Origin: Trichoplax adhaerens
Taxonomy: Eukaryota > Animalia > Placozoa
Direction of reading: 5' to 3'
Length of the DNA: 14,229 bases
Assembly (NCBI RefSeq): GCF_000150275.1
Contig: NW_002061035.1
Location: 1 to 14,229, forward strand
Position numbers and translations under genes: made by a program. Position 1 is the stretch's first letter. The number at the start of each line of letters is the position of its first letter. Of the stretch, positions 8,908 to 14,229 are shown piece after piece. The notes beneath the pieces were generated by a model. It made no database searches and was not told the DNA's origin. It saw nothing but the letters and a program-made list of their open reading frames with translations.

Positions 8908-9627
8908 TGGTAGACCTCATTACCCACTGCAAAGTTCGAGTAACGTGCAATAAGCGTGCAGAGCCTCCTTCGTTTAATTGGCTATTTATTAGTTATTGCT
9001 AATTAAAGTTGTTTGCTAGTTGTATCTATAGTAAACTATATAGTTTATTGAGGGTTGTTTCCCTATATGAACCAGTCAATGTTGTGTTACTAAATTACTA
9101 TGTGTACACCACAAGTTTGGTGGTATGGTATAAAAAGAGGAGCGAACGCTCAGCTTCTCAGTTCGTGATTCGATAGCTTTTCGGCTTGTTACAACTTCCA
9201 AATTTTGTAACAAGTACTAGATCTGCACTCAGCAAGGAGACCCAGTAATTAAGTTGAAGAACTAACTTTATAGTTAAAATGAAGAGTTTATATACTTTCT
9301 TTATTGTGACCTTTGATCTACTGACGTAGATCACAAGATCATCACTAACAGAAAGGTTTCCCTAGTTTAGTCATTACAAATAGACTATCATGCCAAGTAT
9401 GGCAACATGAGAATACATATATAGATAACCTTAATATAGTACCATAACTACATCTATATACGCCTGACGTGATAACATCGTGATATTTAACCATATATAG
9501 AAAGAAGGTAACATACTAATTATGTAACTATTACAGAACGTGACACGGCTACTCTATTAATAAAAACTATGCTAAACTCTTAGAACAGTCTTATCCCTGT
9601 GTGACCGTAAGTAGTATAGGACTACCA
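8908..9627 (+). mobile_element. Possible solo LTR-like relic (720 bp)
   Basis: TG...CA ends with a 9/10 terminal inverted repeat (tggtagacct / aggactacca), an internal TATA-Inr, and AATAAA at 9559-9564. No TSD, PBS or PPT was found. Confidence 0.3.
9129..9163 (+). promoter_or_regulatory. Pol II core promoter-like TATA box plus initiator
   Basis: TATAAAA at 9129-9135 and TCAGTT at 9158-9163. The TATA starts at -31 relative to the Inr A (9160), which is the canonical spacing. Confidence 0.45.
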
Positions 9628-9736
9628 CACAGTAGGCCTCCAGGTGCAGTGGAGGTAGGAATAAGTAATCAATTAGTTTAGGGTAGTAGTTCTAAGTTAA
9701 CTTTGTGGCAATTACAAATGAATGTCAATCTGACGT

Positions 9737-9874
9737 AATGATTAGCCATAAGCGATAGACTAGGAATCGTATTTTTAGATATCGTATCAAAGGAGGTTAG
9801 TGTTTTTCTCCCGCCTGCACAGTTAGTGCTTAATATCACTTACACAAAATGATTAGCCATAAGCGATAGTCTAG
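9737..9874. repeat. 27-bp direct repeat (1 mismatch), 111 bp apart
   Basis: aatgattagccataagcgatagactag (9737-9763) and aatgattagccataagcgatagtctag (9848-9874). Confidence 0.92.
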
Positions 9875-9899
9875 ATTAGATATAGCTACTGGAGGAGAT

Positions 9900-10054
9900 T
9901 CGAAAATTATTGGATCAAGCTACTTATTTTCCTCACGCAACGCTGCAATAACTAGGATTTGCTATTAAAAATATTGCATCGAAATTTATCGGATCAAGCT
10001 ACCTATTTTCCACACGTAATGCTGAAGAAATTACAATTTATTATTGAAAAATAT
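9900..10054. repeat. Diverged ~79-bp tandem duplication
   Basis: tcgaaaattattggatcaagctacttattttcctcacgcaacgctg (from 9900) versus tcgaaatttatcggatcaagctacctattttccacacgtaatgctg (from 9979). Both continue to aaaaatat. Confidence 0.9.
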
Positions 10055-10899
10055 GATATAATAGTTAGCGATTCCTTTAGAAATATCGTGAAAATGATAC
10101 AGTAAGTCAGGCTATGGATAAAGAATTGTTGATTTAGTACTTTTAATAGTACTGCACCTTCAATTTTGCTATATTGCGACAACGATATTTTGATGGGTAG
10201 AAGTCCTATCAGAGATTGGATTTAAATTGAAATTGAATCTACTAATAGCATAATCAAATGTAGGTTCCACAAGACTAAATTCAGGCTGATGTTATATTTA
10301 TTTATAAGTAATTCAAAGTGATAAGCCGTCAAAATCGATTAATATTAAGTCAGACTACTGCTGGCGTTAGTCAACCTATTTTTATACTAGTTGTAGTACA
10401 TTTATTCACTTATGCCTCTCTAAAAGTAGCTTACAAAGGAAATATATCTTATTCAAACAACTTGAAGAATAAAAACAGCGAAATCCTATTTACATATTCC
10501 GTTTACATTGGTAGCTGTGAATTAAGTCTTGACATTGTTTAAGTGTAACTTGTATAAATAAATAATATTAGTATCTCTGTAAATTTTTTTACTAGAATTT
10601 CTCGTCAGACTAATGGAAGACGAATCATGACCGTACGAATAAAGGTCAAGTCGTAGATGCAGAAGTATAAAATTCTTCAATATAAAGACGCATACAAAAT
10701 TTTATTCTAATGATATACAGCAAGGCATTACTTTTATACAGTTTTGTGAAAAATTACGACGACTAAGCTTTCTAATCTATATAATCACGATATAGTTATT
10801 GCAGTATAGGTATGTGACAAAGGCATCATCTATGCTGATCGTGATGACAAGGGCGATCTATATGATGACTGAACTAACGGGCGAGGTATGCGAACAGTT

Positions 10900-10947
10900 G
10901 TTATGGTCTAGGTATGTGACGAAGGTATCATATACCTAGACCATAAC
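10900..10947. repeat. 20-bp inverted repeat (hairpin, 8-nt loop, one G-T wobble)
   Basis: gttatggtctaggtatgtga (10900-10919) pairs with tcatatacctagaccataac (10928-10947). It is immediately followed by CTAGTTTT. Confidence 0.93.
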
Positions 10948-11421
10948 CTAGTTTTCATGTTGCGATCACTATAATCTTATTAACAACTGATTAAATGTTT
11001 ATCTGGAGCATAGAATTTCCTATGGCTATACAGTATTTTAAATTATCAAGGATTTGAAAGATTTATAGTCCTATGCAACAATAGAACTAATCATGCTTGG
11101 CGACTTTAATTTATCTTCACAATCCAGGTCATTCACGTTATACGAGATAACTTTGATAGTTATGTTAGTATCTCAAAAATACTATGACAGAGAATACAAT
11201 TGCTAGCTCAACTTCCACTTCCGTTACACAACATAGCCGTATAACGCATTTTGATATTTCTATAGGGATTTATTCATAGCAAACACGATCAGAATATATT
11301 CACTTCCTGCTATTTTTCAAACCATAATAATGAAAGAACAATTCATTCATATTAATAATTGCTTTCGCTATGTTATTTGTTCGTTTCAACTTTTATGAAA
11401 GTATAAGCTATTGTTAGCTCT

Positions 11422-11447
11422 TAAATAGTGTATAAATAGTGTATAAA
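11422..11447. repeat. 11-bp tandem repeat
   Basis: taaatagtgta x2 plus taaa. Confidence 0.8.
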
Positions 11448-12869
11448 ATAAGATGTCAAACTAATACTGAAATTAATTTTGTTAGATTCAATTATGAAAA
11501 TAAAGTTTTGTTTTTATTAATAAGTAAATATGATGAAGAGGCGGTGTTTCCTTCCCAGCTTCTTTTATTTTAGTAGTAGTGTAATTTATAACGTCTTTAT
11601 TGCTATAATCAAAATTTATTTGAGAATAACTAAATTAGCCGAGGTTAACCCTCTGAGGTTAAGATCCTGCTGGCCTTCAGTCATAAACAGTCTTCAAATC
11701 TCTCACGTAAACGTAAAGACTAATGATAATACAGACGAAAACAAATAATCGATGTCTTCGTAGCTAAAATTATAATCAAAATTTAAGATTGATAATTTAC
11801 GATGCACTCGCTTAGATAATTTCTTAACACTTAAATTAATCAAATGCCGTATCTCGATGGATAAGTATTTACCATCATCAATAAATTAAATTCATGTACA
11901 AATCTAACAGTAGGTCTACTTCTGAGAATAGAAGACTGCTTATATCTACTATTGTAAAATTTGTATATGCTCAATAAACTATACCAAACTTCTACGATAG
12001 TTCTAAAATGAAGTACAGTAATATAATGAAGATTTTAATCCTTTAACATGACCAAATTAACCTTATATTTGGTCCTTTGTTACTTATTCATTATCTGATT
12101 TGTATCGTCATTTTATCGATATCGTAAAGGAAAATTTTACATTGTATGGAAAACTTTTACTTACGAGACATTATTGTCGTATTATTTCGTTGATAGTAGA
12201 TGAGGTGCCAAATCAAAGCATTTTTAATATTTGCAATAGTCTTTTATTTGATTTCCAACGCATAAAATCACAATATTACTTTTGATTAGAAATAAAATGA
12301 ACGCGGACTGATTAAATTATTGAATCATTCTCGGCGTTAAGAATTACTTAATTATTAACTTTCTTAAGGCAGAAAAAGGATTAAAATGATAGCAAACTGC
12401 TTAACAGATTGTTTCTATATGTATATCTATAAGTATCAGATGAAGATAATGTTGGGATGGAGACATCATTACTCATAACGTATTGTTATATTATGATGTA
12501 AGTAGAATTCTACACACAAATAAATGAAGATAAATAACCATGCTACTTTAATATATTTTAGGTCGTCATTCACTTCTAGTATACTTATTATGTAAGTATA
12601 TGAAGCAGGGTTCGATCTACGCTAATAACAGAAATGTCAAAAAAGATTTTAAAATTATCGTGACTATGTCATAGTATGCATAAAACAATTATTTAACAAT
12701 CTTAGTACACTACTGGAAACATTAACCTGGATGCACACATTTTTAAAGCAATTTAAGATAAATGACTTCTTACTTCTTTATATCTATGACTAGTATCAGA
12801 AAATATTCAAAATACACACAAAACATTAATTATAATGGATTACACGAAGGAAATATTGAAAATGGACAT

Positions 12870-13826
12870 TTAGCAGTTACAACAGAACAGTCGTTTCAAT
12901 TTTGAGAACATAGCGATCCTGATTTGTTTATCAAATATCATATAGACAAGCGGATTGACAACACCCATTGAAAACATACAAGCGACAGAACCGTGAATAA
13001 TAACTGCTAGAAACGCGTTATTGCCAGAAGTATGTGAAAGTTTTATCCCCATTGCTGCTAAGATCATAGTAGAAAATAAATGAGGGATTCCTATCCCTAC
13101 ATAACAACAAGTTATTAATATTAGCATTTTGTTAAATTTCTTTCTTTTCATGAAATCATCTTGAAGCTGCTCCGATGTCCAAAATCCAGGCCTGGTATAA
13201 TTTCTTTGAAAGATTATAATTTTTGTATAAGCGATAATAATGATGGTAACAGGAATAACATAAATCAGAGTTGCTAAATGGAAAACATATATTGAAACAG
13301 AAAGGTCCTTAGCAGCATATTCACAAACAGTAACTTTGCCAGGGCTCGTAGTTAGAAACACTAGGATTGGTGATGCAATCGATATCGATGCTATCCAAAT
13401 AAAGATTTGAGTTAAAATGAGAAATTTTTTTTTATGGCATTTATAAAACATCGAGAGTGGTCTAATGACAACGAAATAGCGATCCACTGCGATTAATGCT
13501 AATGTCATAGTAGAAATGGAAGTAGATGCATAATTGGTAGTAAAGCTGATTTTACACACAATGGCGCTGAAGTTATAATCTCTCTCAATCCCATAAACGA
13601 CCAACACAGGAAGAATTGTTGTCCCACCGATAGTATCAGATATTGCTGCCATTCGTATTAGACGATAAGTTGTTTTACGGAAGTTAGGATCAGTAAATAA
13701 AATTCTGATCAGTAATAAATTAAATGCTATTCCTAGTATAAATATTGGCAAAATACTAAAAGTAGCGAAGCGGAGAGCCATGATCGAAATGGCTTTAGTT
13801 CCATTCAAAGTATTTGAAGTGTTCAT
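12870..13826 (-). CDS. Intronless class A (rhodopsin-like) GPCR, peptide-receptor-like orphan, ~318 aa
   Basis: Seven hydrophobic segments. Motifs: TM1 GxxxN, TM2 AxxD, Cys at the top of TM3 plus an ECL2 Cys, TM3 DRY, TM4 Trp, TM5 IP...Y, TM7 NPLVY and helix 8. The ORF-track start at 13916 is TTG. ATG 13826 gives MNTSNTLNGT with two N-glycosylation sequons, typical of a short GPCR N-terminus. Confidence 0.95.
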   Translation of the reverse strand: MNTSNTLNGTKAISIMALRFATFSILPIFILGIAFNLLLIRILFTDPNFRKTTYRLIRMAAISDTIGGTTILPVLVVYGIERDYNFSAIVCKISFTTNYASTSISTMTLALIAVDRYFVVIRPLSMFYKCHKKKFLILTQIFIWIASISIASPILVFLTTSPGKVTVCEYAAKDLSVSIYVFHLATLIYVIPVTIIIIAYTKIIIFQRNYTRPGFWTSEQLQDDFMKRKKFNKMLILITCCYVGIGIPHLFSTMILAAMGIKLSHTSGNNAFLAVIIHGSVACMFSMGVVNPLVYMIFDKQIRIAMFSKLKRLFCCNC

Positions 13827-14040
13827 GTTTTCTATATTTCCTTTTGTGAACTTGAAAAGTTCGATAGACGGGATGCTATATCCGACAAGGAGAAAATAAC
13901 TGAGATATAAAATCAAATACGTACGGTATATATATTTTCAATCATTTACAAAATTTAATTGCAGCAATTCTATATTTGGTATTTATCAATTCCCGACGGA
14001 AAAATAAGTCAATAAGCGTATGAATAGAACATTTACATCA

Positions 14041-14077
14041 ATATCATTATTACTATATCATTATTATATCATTATCA
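14041..14077. repeat. Low-complexity ATATCATTAT repeat (3 copies)
   Basis: atatcattattactatatcattattatatcattatcac. Confidence 0.7.
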
Positions 14078-14229
14078 CACAAGAACAGTACATTTTCAGC
14101 TACAGCACACCATACAAGGGACCGATCGAAGCTCGTAAATTTATTTAATAGAGATTAATTAATTCTATGCCATAAACTAACCCATTTAATAATACCTGTA
14201 CTATTTGTTTAACAGTATATAATATCCTG

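Noticed and set aside
310-12285. Short ORF-track entries (310-495, 761-973, 3646-3828, 8625-8810, 10318-10542, 11530-11748, 12100-12285)
   Set aside because: All are 60-74 aa with no recognisable motifs, and several have non-ATG starts. They are expected by chance.
13827-13916. 30-aa N-terminal extension of the GPCR from the ORF track
   Set aside because: It starts at TTG. ATG 13826 gives a typical glycosylated N-terminus.

Overview
This is AT-rich, gene-sparse animal genomic DNA, not prokaryotic. The evidence is a class A GPCR, GT-AG splice signals, a short TTAGGG-type tract and long non-coding spacers. An early-branching metazoan such as a placozoan is a plausible source, but that is inference only. 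The window holds two same-strand paralogous genes (1135-2328 and 7096-8307). Each encodes an uninterrupted ~400-aa soluble protein of unrecognised family, and the two are roughly 55% identical by eye. It also holds an intronless rhodopsin-family GPCR on the minus strand (12870-13826). The most interesting signal is the paralog pair. Copy 2 carries Cys73 (GENAC), a C232-L-P-C235 motif, Cys333 and His383. Copy 1 has Ser, Phe, Tyr and Gln at the positions matching Cys73, Cys235, Cys333 and His383, each a single-base difference within otherwise conserved blocks. This suggests an active-enzyme/pseudoenzyme pair, possibly horizontally acquired and domesticated, as copy 2 has a candidate 78-nt 5'UTR intron. 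The spacers contain a probable pseudogene fragment of a Cys-rich NRxGxLCGxC protein family, LTR-like promoter cassettes, a 20-bp hairpin ending in CTAG, an interstitial telomeric repeat and several local duplications.
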